Of a stretch of DNA of 64,000 nt, positions 28,775 through 37,771 are shown piece after piece. The stretch comes from Alphaproteobacteria bacterium (GTDB taxonomy: Bacteria > Pseudomonadota > Alphaproteobacteria > JBBDQX01): the NCBI GenBank assembly GCA_965601735.1, contig OZ271840.1, forward strand, positions 1,080,402 to 1,144,401, written 5' to 3'. A program made the translations under genes and the position numbers. Every line of letters starts with the position of its first letter. Within the stretch, counting starts at the first letter, position 1. The notes beneath the pieces are model-generated. The model searched no databases. It was given only the letters and a program-made list of their open reading frames with translations, and had not been told where the DNA came from.

Positions 28775-30034
28775 ATGGCGTTTCTCGACCGATTCCAGGG
28801 CTTCCGGCGCGCCTTCAGCCACCGCAACTATCGCTATTTCGCATCGGGCAGTGCGCTGTCGCAGATCGGCACCTGGATGCAACGCGTCGGGGTTGGCTGG
28901 CTCGCCTGGGAGCTGACCGGTTCGGGCGCTTGGCTCGGCGCCATTGCTTTCGCCGACATGTTCCCCACCGTCATCCTAGGGCCGGTAGCGGGCGCCATCG
29001 CGGATCGGCTCGACCGGCTGCTGCTATTACGCCTGACCCAGGCCCTCAATGCGCTGCAGGCGCTGGCGCTCACGGTCCTGGTCGCTTCGGGAACGGCGAC
29101 CATCGAATTGCTGGTTGGGCTGATGCTGCTGCGCGGGGTGATCCTCGCGATCAACCAGCCGGCGCGCCAGGCCCTGGTGCCCAGTCTGGTTGGACGCGAC
29201 GACATTGGACCGGCCATCGCCATCAATTCACTGATCTTCAACTGCGCCCGGTTCATCGGCCCCGCCATTGCCGGTTTCGTTATCGCCGCAGGCGGACTGG
29301 TCTGGGTCTTTGCGATTAATGCCGCGAGCTTCCTGCTGTTCGTGGTGATGCTCGCCTTCATCCGGTTGCCGCCGCACCGTCGTGCCGCGTCGGACAGCGG
29401 CCTGATCGCCGAGGCGGTCGAGGGCTATGGCTATGCGGCGCGTCACCCCGGCATCGGGCCTCTGATCCCGGTCCGCTTGCTCGCCGCCTTCGGTGCGCGG
29501 CCTGTGGTGGAAATGTTCCCTGGCATTGCCGACAAGGTGTTCGGCCAGGGGGCCGACGGCCTTGGTCTCATGCTGTCCGCGATGGGCGTCGGTGCCATCG
29601 CCGCCGGTCTCTACCTTGGCCAGCGCAGTGGTATCGCCGGTCTGACCCGGGTGCTGATCGCCAACCTATGCCTGATCGCGCTGGCGCTGCTCGCCTTCGG
29701 GGCGGTGGACGCCTTCCATCTTGCCCTGATCATCGTGCTGGTGCTGGGTTTCGCCCAGGTGCTCAACGGCGCCGGCACCCAGACCCTGGTGCAGTCGGCG
29801 GTGGACCCCGCAATGCGTGGCCGGGTGCTCGGCCTGTTCGGCCTGATCAACCGGGGCGGCCCTGCGCTGGGCGCTTTGGCGATGGGGGCGCTGGCCGACC
29901 GCTACGGTTTCGCCCTGCCGCTGTCGCTGGGCGCTATACTGTGTCTGCTTGCCTGCCTCTTCGCCGCGCTGCGCCGGCGGACGCTGGAACGCGCGCTGGA
30001 ACGCGCGCCTGCCGGCGGCCGCGGCAACCGGTAA
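28775..30034 (+). CDS. MFS transporter (EntS/MFS_3-like), paralog 1
   Basis: 12-TM MFS. N-terminal FRRAFSHRNYRYFASGSALSQIGTWMQRVGVGWLAWELTGS typical of the enterobactin-exporter-like MFS_3 family. Confidence 0.7.
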   Translation: MAFLDRFQGFRRAFSHRNYRYFASGSALSQIGTWMQRVGVGWLAWELTGSGAWLGAIAFADMFPTVILGPVAGAIADRLDRLLLLRLTQALNALQALALTVLVASGTATIELLVGLMLLRGVILAINQPARQALVPSLVGRDDIGPAIAINSLIFNCARFIGPAIAGFVIAAGGLVWVFAINAASFLLFVVMLAFIRLPPHRRAASDSGLIAEAVEGYGYAARHPGIGPLIPVRLLAAFGARPVVEMFPGIADKVFGQGADGLGLMLSAMGVGAIAAGLYLGQRSGIAGLTRVLIANLCLIALALLAFGAVDAFHLALIIVLVLGFAQVLNGAGTQTLVQSAVDPAMRGRVLGLFGLINRGGPALGALAMGALADRYGFALPLSLGAILCLLACLFAALRRRTLERALERAPAGGRGNR

Positions 30035-30086
30035 GCGCGGCGCGCCAGCCACTCCAGTGGGGACCCGGCGCCGAGCCGGGGCCGTC

Positions 30087-31340
30087 ATGAGCCTCTACGA
30101 CCGTTTCTCGGCTTTTTCCCGGGCCTTTCGACACCGCAATTACCGGCTCTATGCCGGCGGCAACGCCCTGTCGACCATCGGCCTGTGGATGCAGCGGGTC
30201 GGCGTCGGCTGGCTCGCCTGGGAGCTGACCGGCTCGGCGACCTGGCTCGGGCTGATCGCGTTCGCCGACATGTTCCCCACCGTTATCCTCAGCCCGCTCA
30301 CCGGGACGGTGACGGACCGCATCAACCGGCTGCGGCTGCTGCGGGTCACCCAGGCGCTCGTTGCTTTGCAGGCTTTGGCGCTGGCGGCGCTGATCTACCT
30401 CGATCACATCACCATCGTCTGGCTGCTGGCTCTGACCGTGGTGCGCGGCATCATTCTCGCGTTCAACCAGCCGGCGCGGCTGTCTCTGATTTCAGCCCTT
30501 GTCGGCACCGAGGATGTGGCGCCGGCGATTGCCATCAACGCGATGATCTTCAATGCGGCGCGCTTTGTCGGCCCGGCCATCGCCGGTGTGCTTCTGGTCG
30601 GCGGCGACACCTCGGCGCTGTTCGCGGTCAACGCCCTATGCTTCCTGTCCTTCTCGATAATGGCCGGCTTTGTGCAGCTGAATGAGCCGGACCGGCTGGC
30701 GCCCAAGGCCGGCCTGTTGCAGCAGACCCTGGAGGGCTACCGCTACGCCGCTGGTCATCAAGGCATCGGGCCACTGCTGCTGATGCTCTCGCTCACGGCG
30801 TTCGGCGCGCGGTCCTTTATCGAGCTGATGCCCGGGATCGCCGACGTGGTATTCGCGCGCGGGGCCGACGGGCTGGCCGCCCTGCTCGCGGTGATGGGCG
30901 TGGGCGCCATTGTCGGCGGGGCCTGGCTCGCCCAGCGCCCGACGCTGGATGGCCTGACCCGTGTGGTCATCACCAACCTGCTGATGCTGGCCGCCACCCT
31001 TTGTGCCTTTGCCGCGACCGGCATCTTCTGGGTCGGGCTAGTGGCGGTGTTCGTGCTCGGATTCGTGATCACCGTGAACGGTGCGGGGATCCAGACCTTG
31101 ATCCAGGCAGCGGTCGACGCGGAGGTGCGCGGGCGGGTGCTCGGCCTCTACGGCCTGATTGTGCGTGGTGCGCCGTCGATCGGCGCATTGCTGATGGGTG
31201 CCTTCGCCGAGCGCGTCGGCTTCGCCCTGCCCATGGTCTGCGGCGCGGCGATTTGCGTGCTGGCCTGGGGCCTCGCGACCCTGCGCCGCGGCCGCATGAC
31301 GCGGGCGCTGGAGCCCCGCGCCGCTGCGGCGCGGGACTGA
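30087..31340 (+). CDS. MFS transporter (EntS/MFS_3-like), paralog 2
   Basis: Trimmed to M47 (MSLYDRFSAFSRAFRHRNYRLYAGG...). Collinear and clearly paralogous to the upstream MFS gene. Confidence 0.7.
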   Translation: MSLYDRFSAFSRAFRHRNYRLYAGGNALSTIGLWMQRVGVGWLAWELTGSATWLGLIAFADMFPTVILSPLTGTVTDRINRLRLLRVTQALVALQALALAALIYLDHITIVWLLALTVVRGIILAFNQPARLSLISALVGTEDVAPAIAINAMIFNAARFVGPAIAGVLLVGGDTSALFAVNALCFLSFSIMAGFVQLNEPDRLAPKAGLLQQTLEGYRYAAGHQGIGPLLLMLSLTAFGARSFIELMPGIADVVFARGADGLAALLAVMGVGAIVGGAWLAQRPTLDGLTRVVITNLLMLAATLCAFAATGIFWVGLVAVFVLGFVITVNGAGIQTLIQAAVDAEVRGRVLGLYGLIVRGAPSIGALLMGAFAERVGFALPMVCGAAICVLAWGLATLRRGRMTRALEPRAAAARD

Positions 31341-31348
31341 CTCGCCGC

Positions 31349-32890
31349 TCAGCCGCGGCCGAAGCCGCCGCCGCCGGCGGTTTCCATCAACACGCTGTCG
31401 CCCTTGTGCAGCAGCTGGTGCTCAGCCACGTCGACCGGCTTGCCGTTGACCAGCACCTTGCCAGCGCGGCCATTGCCGCCGCCCATCAGGCCGCGCGGCG
31501 CGATGCGGATGCGGGTCATGATGAAGGAGCACAGGCCGGGCTCATCGCCCATGAAGTCGAAGCCGATGGAGATGCCCTGGCCACCCTTGTTCTTGCCGCG
31601 GCCGTTGCTCCGCGCGTTGAAGCCGCGGTGGCGGATCTTGATCGGCGCCAGCGACTCCATGACCTCGATGGGAGTATTGCCCAGATTTGACGGAAAGCTG
31701 ATCGCCGACTGACCGTCGCGCGCTGCATTGGCGCCCTGGCCGGCGTTGATGAAGTTCACCACCGCATAGCGCTGGCCCTTGTGGGCGCCGGTCATGGTGA
31801 AGGAGGAATTGGCGGATCCTTCCGCCAGCACACGGTCCGGCAGTACCGGCGCCAGGGCACCCATGATAGCCGGTACCATCATGTGCCCGATCATGCCGCG
31901 CGCACCGCTGGCGGCGGGGTAGCGCGGGTTGAAGATGGTGCCTTCCGGCGCCCAGGTCGAGACCGGCAGGAAGCTGCCCTCGTTGTTCGGGATGTCCGGT
32001 GACAGCAGCGCCTTCACCGCGTAGGCGGAGTAGGCGAATGTGTAGATCGGCACCACGTTGACCGAGCGGGGCAGCTGGGGCGAGGAGCCTGAGTAGTCGA
32101 TCGCCAGGTTGGTGCCCTTGATATTCACCTTGCAGTCGATGGTGATCGGATCCTCAAAGCCGTCATGCTGGATGACATAGCGGTAGTCGCCGTCAGGGAT
32201 GGCGCGGATCGCCTGGCGCATCGCCTTCTCGGAGCGGCCGCGCACTTCCTCGCCGAGGCGCGGCAGATCGAGGCCGGTCTCGTCGAGCAGCGCGCACAGC
32301 CTCTCGTCGAGCATCTGGCACGCCGCCACCTCGCCCCACACGTCGCCCATGGTCTGTGCCGGGACGCGCACGTTGCGTTCGATCATCTCGACCACCGCCT
32401 GGTCCGGCTTGCCCGCATGCATCAGCTTGAGGCGCGGGATCTGCAGCCCCTCCTCGAAGATCTCGCGGATGCCGGAATTGCGGATGCGCCCGCCAATGTC
32501 CGGCATGTGGCTGGTTACTGCCGCAAAGGCGACCGGCTTGCCCTTGTAGAAGATCGGCCGCGCGACGGTGATGTCATGCACATGGCCGGTGCCCATCCAG
32601 GGGTCGTTGGTAATCAGCACGTCGCCGTCCTTCAGCGTCTCCAGCGGGTAGACGTCCAGAAAGTGCTTCACCGTACGTGGCAGGGTGCCGATGAAAGACG
32701 GAATGCTCATGCTCGACTGCGCCAGCGACCGGCCCTGGGGATCGGTCAGAACCACGGCGAAATCGTTGGCCTCGCGCACCAGGGTCGAGAAGGAGGTGCG
32801 CACGAAGGTGGCGGATGCCTCGTCTACCATGCTCACGAGCCGGCCCCAGAGGACCTCGAGGGTGACGGGATCGAAGGTGGTCTTTGCCAT
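31349..32890 (-). CDS. Hydantoinase B / 5-oxoprolinase family protein (HyuB-like), copy 1
   Basis: 513 aa. Hydantoinase_B family: conserved N-terminus DPVTLEVLWGRLVSMVDEASATFVRTSFS and C-terminal GGGGFG. Confidence 0.75.
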   Translation of the reverse strand: MAKTTFDPVTLEVLWGRLVSMVDEASATFVRTSFSTLVREANDFAVVLTDPQGRSLAQSSMSIPSFIGTLPRTVKHFLDVYPLETLKDGDVLITNDPWMGTGHVHDITVARPIFYKGKPVAFAAVTSHMPDIGGRIRNSGIREIFEEGLQIPRLKLMHAGKPDQAVVEMIERNVRVPAQTMGDVWGEVAACQMLDERLCALLDETGLDLPRLGEEVRGRSEKAMRQAIRAIPDGDYRYVIQHDGFEDPITIDCKVNIKGTNLAIDYSGSSPQLPRSVNVVPIYTFAYSAYAVKALLSPDIPNNEGSFLPVSTWAPEGTIFNPRYPAASGARGMIGHMMVPAIMGALAPVLPDRVLAEGSANSSFTMTGAHKGQRYAVVNFINAGQGANAARDGQSAISFPSNLGNTPIEVMESLAPIKIRHRGFNARSNGRGKNKGGQGISIGFDFMGDEPGLCSFIMTRIRIAPRGLMGGGNGRAGKVLVNGKPVDVAEHQLLHKGDSVLMETAGGGGFGRG

Positions 32891-32928
32891 TTTTCGGTCT
32901 CTATCGTTTGCGGTTCGTTATCGGTTGT

Positions 32929-34482
32929 CTATCGGCGCGTGCGGCGGCCAAAGCCGCCGCCGCCAGCGGTCTCACAGAGCAGCCGGTCGCCCTGTTTCAG
33001 CACCCACTGGCGGGTATGGTCTATGGGCCGGCCGTTGAGCCGCAGCCGCCCGGCGCGGCCAGCCTCGCCGCCACGGAATCCGGCGGGCGGGATCGACAGG
33101 CGGGTCATCACAAAAGCGATCTGCGCCGGCGTCTTGCCGCGGTAGACAAATTCCTGGGCCTGGCCTTCGCCGCCACGATGGCGCCCATGCCCGCCGGAGC
33201 CGCGCCGCACCGCGCGGCGGGTCAGCAGGATCGGTGCCTCCGCTTCCATCATCTCCATCGGGAGGTTGGCGAGGTTCGACGGGAAGCTCTTCACCGTCAT
33301 GCCCGGCCCCTGGGCGCTGGCACCGTGGCCAGAGCCCATGAAAGCGACGAGTCCGAAGCGGTGGCCGTCCTCCTCGCCGCCCATGGCGAATGAACAGCTG
33401 CCGCCGCCGTCGGCGACCACCCGGTCCGGTACGATTTTCGCCAGCGCGCCCATGATCGCCGGCACCATCATGTGCCCGACCATGCCGCGCGCGCCGCTCG
33501 CCGCCGGATAGCGCGGGTTGAAGATGCTGCCCTCCGGCGCCCAGGTGCGGATCGGCGAAAAGCTGCCTTCGTTGTTCGGGATGTCCGGCGACAGGATCGC
33601 CTTTAGGGCGAACGCCGAGAAGGCGAAGGTGTAGTTGGGCACCACATTGACCGACTTCGGCAACTGCGGTGACGAGCCCGAATAGTCGATCGACAGGTCG
33701 GAGCCCTTGATGGCAATCGTGCAGTCGACGGTGGTCGGCTCCTCGAAGCCGTCATAGGCGACAACCCGGCGGTAGGTGCCATCAGGCAAGGCGCGGATCG
33801 CCGCACGCATCGCCTTCTCCGACCGGCTGCGCACCTCCGCGCCCAGGTCGGCGAGGTCGATGCCCGTCTCATCCAGCAGCCGGACCAGCCGCTCTTCCAG
33901 CATCCGCGCCGCGGCGACCTGGCCGTAGATATCGCCGATGGTCTGCTCGGGAACACGCACGTTGCGTTTGATGATCTCGATCACCGATTCGTCGGCTTTG
34001 CCCCGGCGCATCAGCTTGACCGGCGGCAGCTGCAGCCCTTCCTCGAAAATCTCGCGAATACCGCCGCTGCGCAGCCGCCCGCCGATGTCGGGCATGTGGC
34101 TCGTGATCGCGGCGATCGCCACCGGGCGGCCCTTGTAAAAGATCGGCGTGGCGATGTTCACATCGTGTACATGGCCGGTGCCGAGCCAGGGGTCGTTGGT
34201 CGCCAGCACGTCGCCGGGCTTCAGCGTGTCCAGCGGGAACAGCCGCAGCAAATGCTTCACGGTTGCCGGCAAGGTCCCGATGAAGGACGGAATCGACAGC
34301 GACGACTGCGCCAGCGACCGCCCCTTTGTGTCGGTCAGCACGATGGCGTAGTCGTTCGCCTCGCGCACCAGCATCGAGAACGAGGTGCGCACGAAGGTGG
34401 CCGCCGCCTCGTCAACCATGCTGACGAGGCGGGCCCACATTATCTCGAGGCTGACCGGATCGAGGGGCCGGCGCCGGGTCAT
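32929..34482 (-). CDS. Hydantoinase B / 5-oxoprolinase family protein (HyuB-like), copy 2
   Basis: Trimmed to M60 (517 aa). Collinear paralog of copy 1. ATGA overlap with the hyuA-like stop. Confidence 0.75.
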   Translation of the reverse strand: MTRRRPLDPVSLEIMWARLVSMVDEAAATFVRTSFSMLVREANDYAIVLTDTKGRSLAQSSLSIPSFIGTLPATVKHLLRLFPLDTLKPGDVLATNDPWLGTGHVHDVNIATPIFYKGRPVAIAAITSHMPDIGGRLRSGGIREIFEEGLQLPPVKLMRRGKADESVIEIIKRNVRVPEQTIGDIYGQVAAARMLEERLVRLLDETGIDLADLGAEVRSRSEKAMRAAIRALPDGTYRRVVAYDGFEEPTTVDCTIAIKGSDLSIDYSGSSPQLPKSVNVVPNYTFAFSAFALKAILSPDIPNNEGSFSPIRTWAPEGSIFNPRYPAASGARGMVGHMMVPAIMGALAKIVPDRVVADGGGSCSFAMGGEEDGHRFGLVAFMGSGHGASAQGPGMTVKSFPSNLANLPMEMMEAEAPILLTRRAVRRGSGGHGRHRGGEGQAQEFVYRGKTPAQIAFVMTRLSIPPAGFRGGEAGRAGRLRLNGRPIDHTRQWVLKQGDRLLCETAGGGGFGRRTRR

Positions 34483-36614
34483 TTCAGGGTGACGAGAACC
34501 GTCAGGTTCTTGAGGATCTCCACCGTCGCGGGGCGCGCGACAATCACCGTCGACTCCCGCTCCTGCAGCACCAGCGGCCCCTTCAGCTTGGTGCCGGCGG
34601 CCAGCGAGTAGCGGTGATAGACCGGCACGTCGCCGAACTTGCCCTTCTCCGGCAGCCACACCGGGCGCTTGCCGATCGGCGCGGCCTTCTTCTTGCCCTT
34701 GCCCGGCGCGTGGCGGCGGTCAGCGAGGGTGAAGTTGCGGGTCTTCACGTCGGAGCTGCCGGTCAGGCGCCAGGTCACCGCCTGCGGGACCGCGTTCGGC
34801 ACCGTCTGGCCGTAGAGCTGCTTGTAGCGCTCCTCGAACTGGGCAACGAGCTTCTTCGCCATGCCCGGGCCGACGTTCTTGTAAGGCAGATCGACCTGCA
34901 CGGTGTTGCCCTGGCCGGCGTAGCGGACCTCGACGCCGATGGTCCAGGTGATCTTCTCGCCGCGCGCGCCGGCGCTGCCGAGCTCGTCGCTGGCTTCCTT
35001 GTGGAGCCGGCCAAGCACCCGCTTGACCTCGTTCCAGTTGATGTCGTCGACCAGCGCCACCTTCGACCAGGAACGGTCGACGCGGGCCGGCGCCGCCAGC
35101 AGGCCGAGGCAGGAGCCCGCGCCCGCGGCGATGGTGCACATCACCTTCTTGATCTGCAGCTTGGCGGCGACCTCCACCGCATGGACCGGGCCGGCGCCGC
35201 CGGTGGCCACCATGGTGAAGGTGCGCGGGTCGAGGCCCTTCTCCGCGATATGGACGCGCGCAGCGGCGGCCATGTTCTCGCAGACCACGTTGTAGATGCC
35301 CCAAGCGACATCGTTGGTCTTCATGCCGAGCTTCTTGGCCAGGCTGCCGAGCGCCTTGTTGGCCAGACCGGTGTCGAGCTTCATCTCGCCGCCGAGGAAG
35401 TTGTCCGGGTCGAGATAGCCCAGCGACAGGCAAGCGTCGGTGACGGTGGCGTCCTTACCGCCCTGGCCGTAGCAGGCCGGGCCCGGCTGCGCGCCGGAGC
35501 TCTGCGGGCCGACGTTGAGCAGGCCGAGCTGGTTGACGTGGGCGATGGAGCCGCCGCCCGCGCCGATCTCGATCAGGTCGATCGACGGGATCAGGATCGG
35601 CAGGCCGCTACCCTTCTTGAAGCGGTGCACGCGGCCGGCCTCGAAGCTGTGGGCCAGCGCCGGCTCACCATTGACCGAGACGCAGGCCTTCGCGGTGGTA
35701 CCGCCCATGTCGAAGGCGAGCACATCCTTCACCTTGTTCTGCATCCCCGCATTGACCGCGCTGAGCACGCCGCCCGCGGGTCCGGATTCGAGCAGCAGGA
35801 TCGGCACCTCGGCTGCCGCCTTCGACGACGTAAAGCCGCCGCTGGACACCATGATGCGCAGGGGCCCCGGAATCTTGATCTCGCGCATCCGGCCTTCCAG
35901 CCGCGCCAGATACTTCTCCATCAGCGGCTGCACATAGGCGTTTGCGGTGGTGGTCGACATCCGCTCGTACTCGCGGATTTCACGTGCCACCTCCGACGAA
36001 ATGCTGACGCTGACACCCGGCAGGTGCTTCTTGATCAGCCGCTTGATCTTCTTCTCGTGGGCGTCGTTGACGTAGGCGTGCAGCAGGCAGACAGCGATGG
36101 CGTCGACGCCCTGCTTCTTCAGCTTGCCGACCAGCGAGACGATCTCCTTCTCGTCCAGCGGAGTCAGCACCTTGCCCTGAGCATCGAGGCGCTCGCTGGT
36201 CTCGTGGCGCAGCCGCGCCGGCACCAGCGGGTCCGGCAGTTCCAGGTTCAGGTCGTAGAGGTCGTAGCGAACCTCGCGGGCGATATCGAGGGCGTCCTTG
36301 GTGCCCTTGGTGACGATCAGGCCACTCTTCACGCCGTTGCGCTCAATGATCGTGTTGGTCACCAGGGTGGTGCCGTGCACCACTTCCGACACCTGGCCGG
36401 GATCGGTCTTGCCGCCGTCACCGGCAATTTGATTGAGCAGGGCAAGCGTGACATCGCTGACCGCGCGGCCGGGGTCGTCCGGAGTCGTCAGCAGCTTGCC
36501 GACCCAGATGCGGCCGCCGGGGACTTCCTCGGCGACGCCATCGGTGAAGGTACCGCCGATGTCGACGGCGATGCGGATTTGGGTCTTCGGCTTGCGGCTG
36601 GCTTTCTTGGCCAT
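34479..36614 (-). CDS. Hydantoinase A / 5-oxoprolinase family protein (HyuA-like)
   Basis: Trimmed to M68 (MAKKASRKPKTQIRIAVDIGGTFTDG, about 711 aa). The ASKHA-type DIGGTFTD N-terminus is characteristic of Hydantoinase_A proteins. The start coordinate is approximate. Confidence 0.75.
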   Translation of the reverse strand: MAKKASRKPKTQIRIAVDIGGTFTDGVAEEVPGGRIWVGKLLTTPDDPGRAVSDVTLALLNQIAGDGGKTDPGQVSEVVHGTTLVTNTIIERNGVKSGLIVTKGTKDALDIAREVRYDLYDLNLELPDPLVPARLRHETSERLDAQGKVLTPLDEKEIVSLVGKLKKQGVDAIAVCLLHAYVNDAHEKKIKRLIKKHLPGVSVSISSEVAREIREYERMSTTTANAYVQPLMEKYLARLEGRMREIKIPGPLRIMVSSGGFTSSKAAAEVPILLLESGPAGGVLSAVNAGMQNKVKDVLAFDMGGTTAKACVSVNGEPALAHSFEAGRVHRFKKGSGLPILIPSIDLIEIGAGGGSIAHVNQLGLLNVGPQSSGAQPGPACYGQGGKDATVTDACLSLGYLDPDNFLGGEMKLDTGLANKALGSLAKKLGMKTNDVAWGIYNVVCENMAAAARVHIAEKGLDPRTFTMVATGGAGPVHAVEVAAKLQIKKVMCTIAAGAGSCLGLLAAPARVDRSWSKVALVDDINWNEVKRVLGRLHKEASDELGSAGARGEKITWTIGVEVRYAGQGNTVQVDLPYKNVGPGMAKKLVAQFEERYKQLYGQTVPNAVPQAVTWRLTGSSDVKTRNFTLADRRHAPGKGKKKAAPIGKRPVWLPEKGKFGDVPVYHRYSLAAGTKLKGPLVLQERESTVIVARPATVEILKNLTVLVTLK

Positions 36615-36821
36615 GAGTTCCTCGTCGGTGTGGCGGGCGCCGGACGCGGCCGGCGCGAGAATCCTTTGCTGGTGTGTCCTGCCCGGAGAACGGGTGCCGT
36701 GTCGGTGGTCTGTGTCGGCGGCTCCGAATGTCTCAGGAAGGCCTGCGCCGGGGTGGCGCGCGGCGGTCAGCATACGTAAAGCATGTCCTGAGTCACCAAA
36801 AACCACCCGGCCCAAAAAGCA

Positions 36822-36872
36822 AAGGGCCCGGCTTTTCAGCCGGGCCCCGAAGGCGGATCACAATGCTGCGGA
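36822..36872 (-). terminator. Rho-independent terminator downstream of the BI-1/YccA gene
   Basis: The minus-strand transcript reads GGGCCCGGCU-GAAA-AGCCGGGCCC followed by UUUGCUUUUU. Confidence 0.6.
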
Positions 36873-36882
36873 AGATGCTGCC

Positions 36883-37629
36883 CTAGCGGCGGTCACCCAG
36901 CAGGTGCAGCAGCATGATGAACAGATTGATGAAGTTCAGGTAGAGCGACAGCGCGCCCATGATGGTCTTCTTGCCGGCGACCTCGCTGGAGTCGCCCTCG
37001 TAGTAAATGACCTTCATGCGCTGGGTGTCGTAGGCGGTCAGCCCGGTGAACACCAGCACGCCGATCACAGAGATGGCGAAATGAAGCGCGCTCGACGCCA
37101 GGAAGATGTTGACAATCATCGCGATGAAGATGCCGATCAGGCCCATGAACAGGAACGAGCCCCAGCCCGACAGGTCGCGCTTGGTGGTGTAGCCGTAGAG
37201 GCTCATCGCGGCGAAAGTGGCGCCCGCGATGAAGAACACACGCACGATGCTCTCGCCCGTATACAACAGGAAGATGTGGGTTAGCGACAGGCCCATCGCC
37301 CCGCTGAAGCCCCAGAACATTCCCTGCAGCGCGCTGTAGGAGAATCGCTCGACGCCGAAGGACATGAACATCACGAAAATCAGCGGCGAGAACATCACGA
37401 ACATGCCCAGCAGGGTCACGCCAGCGAACTGGCCCTGATCCGTGAAGTTGTAGAGCAGGCTGAGCACAGCCGGGGTGTTGGCGGAAAACGCGGCGACAAC
37501 GCCAGTCAGCGCCAGCCCGGAGGCCATGTAGTTGTAGATGCCCAGCATGTAGCTGCGCAGGCCGACATCGATATCGGCGGCCTCCGCCTGGGCGCGGGTC
37601 ATGAACTTGTCGTCGGGACCGGTAACCAT
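36883..37629 (-). CDS. Bax inhibitor-1 / YccA family inner-membrane protein
   Basis: 248 aa with 7 TM helices. Characteristic N-terminal ...GLRSYMLGIYNYM... and C-terminal basic tail. Confidence 0.75.
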   Translation of the reverse strand: MVTGPDDKFMTRAQAEAADIDVGLRSYMLGIYNYMASGLALTGVVAAFSANTPAVLSLLYNFTDQGQFAGVTLLGMFVMFSPLIFVMFMSFGVERFSYSALQGMFWGFSGAMGLSLTHIFLLYTGESIVRVFFIAGATFAAMSLYGYTTKRDLSGWGSFLFMGLIGIFIAMIVNIFLASSALHFAISVIGVLVFTGLTAYDTQRMKVIYYEGDSSEVAGKKTIMGALSLYLNFINLFIMLLHLLGDRR

Positions 37630-37771
37630 CGTTAAACCCTCAATTTCAGCATAAGTGTCCGCAACTGCCGCGCGCGGCCACGCCGGGCCGCCACAGCACC
37701 GCTTTATATGGTGGAAAGTGGCGGTATTTCAACGGTAATCGCTGTTTGCGTATGTTGGTGTAGCAGGACGT

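Noticed and set aside
34614-36779. 721-aa plus-strand ORF
   Set aside because: Antisense to the hydantoinase A gene. Low-complexity Ala/Arg/Gly-rich translation and no domain signatures.
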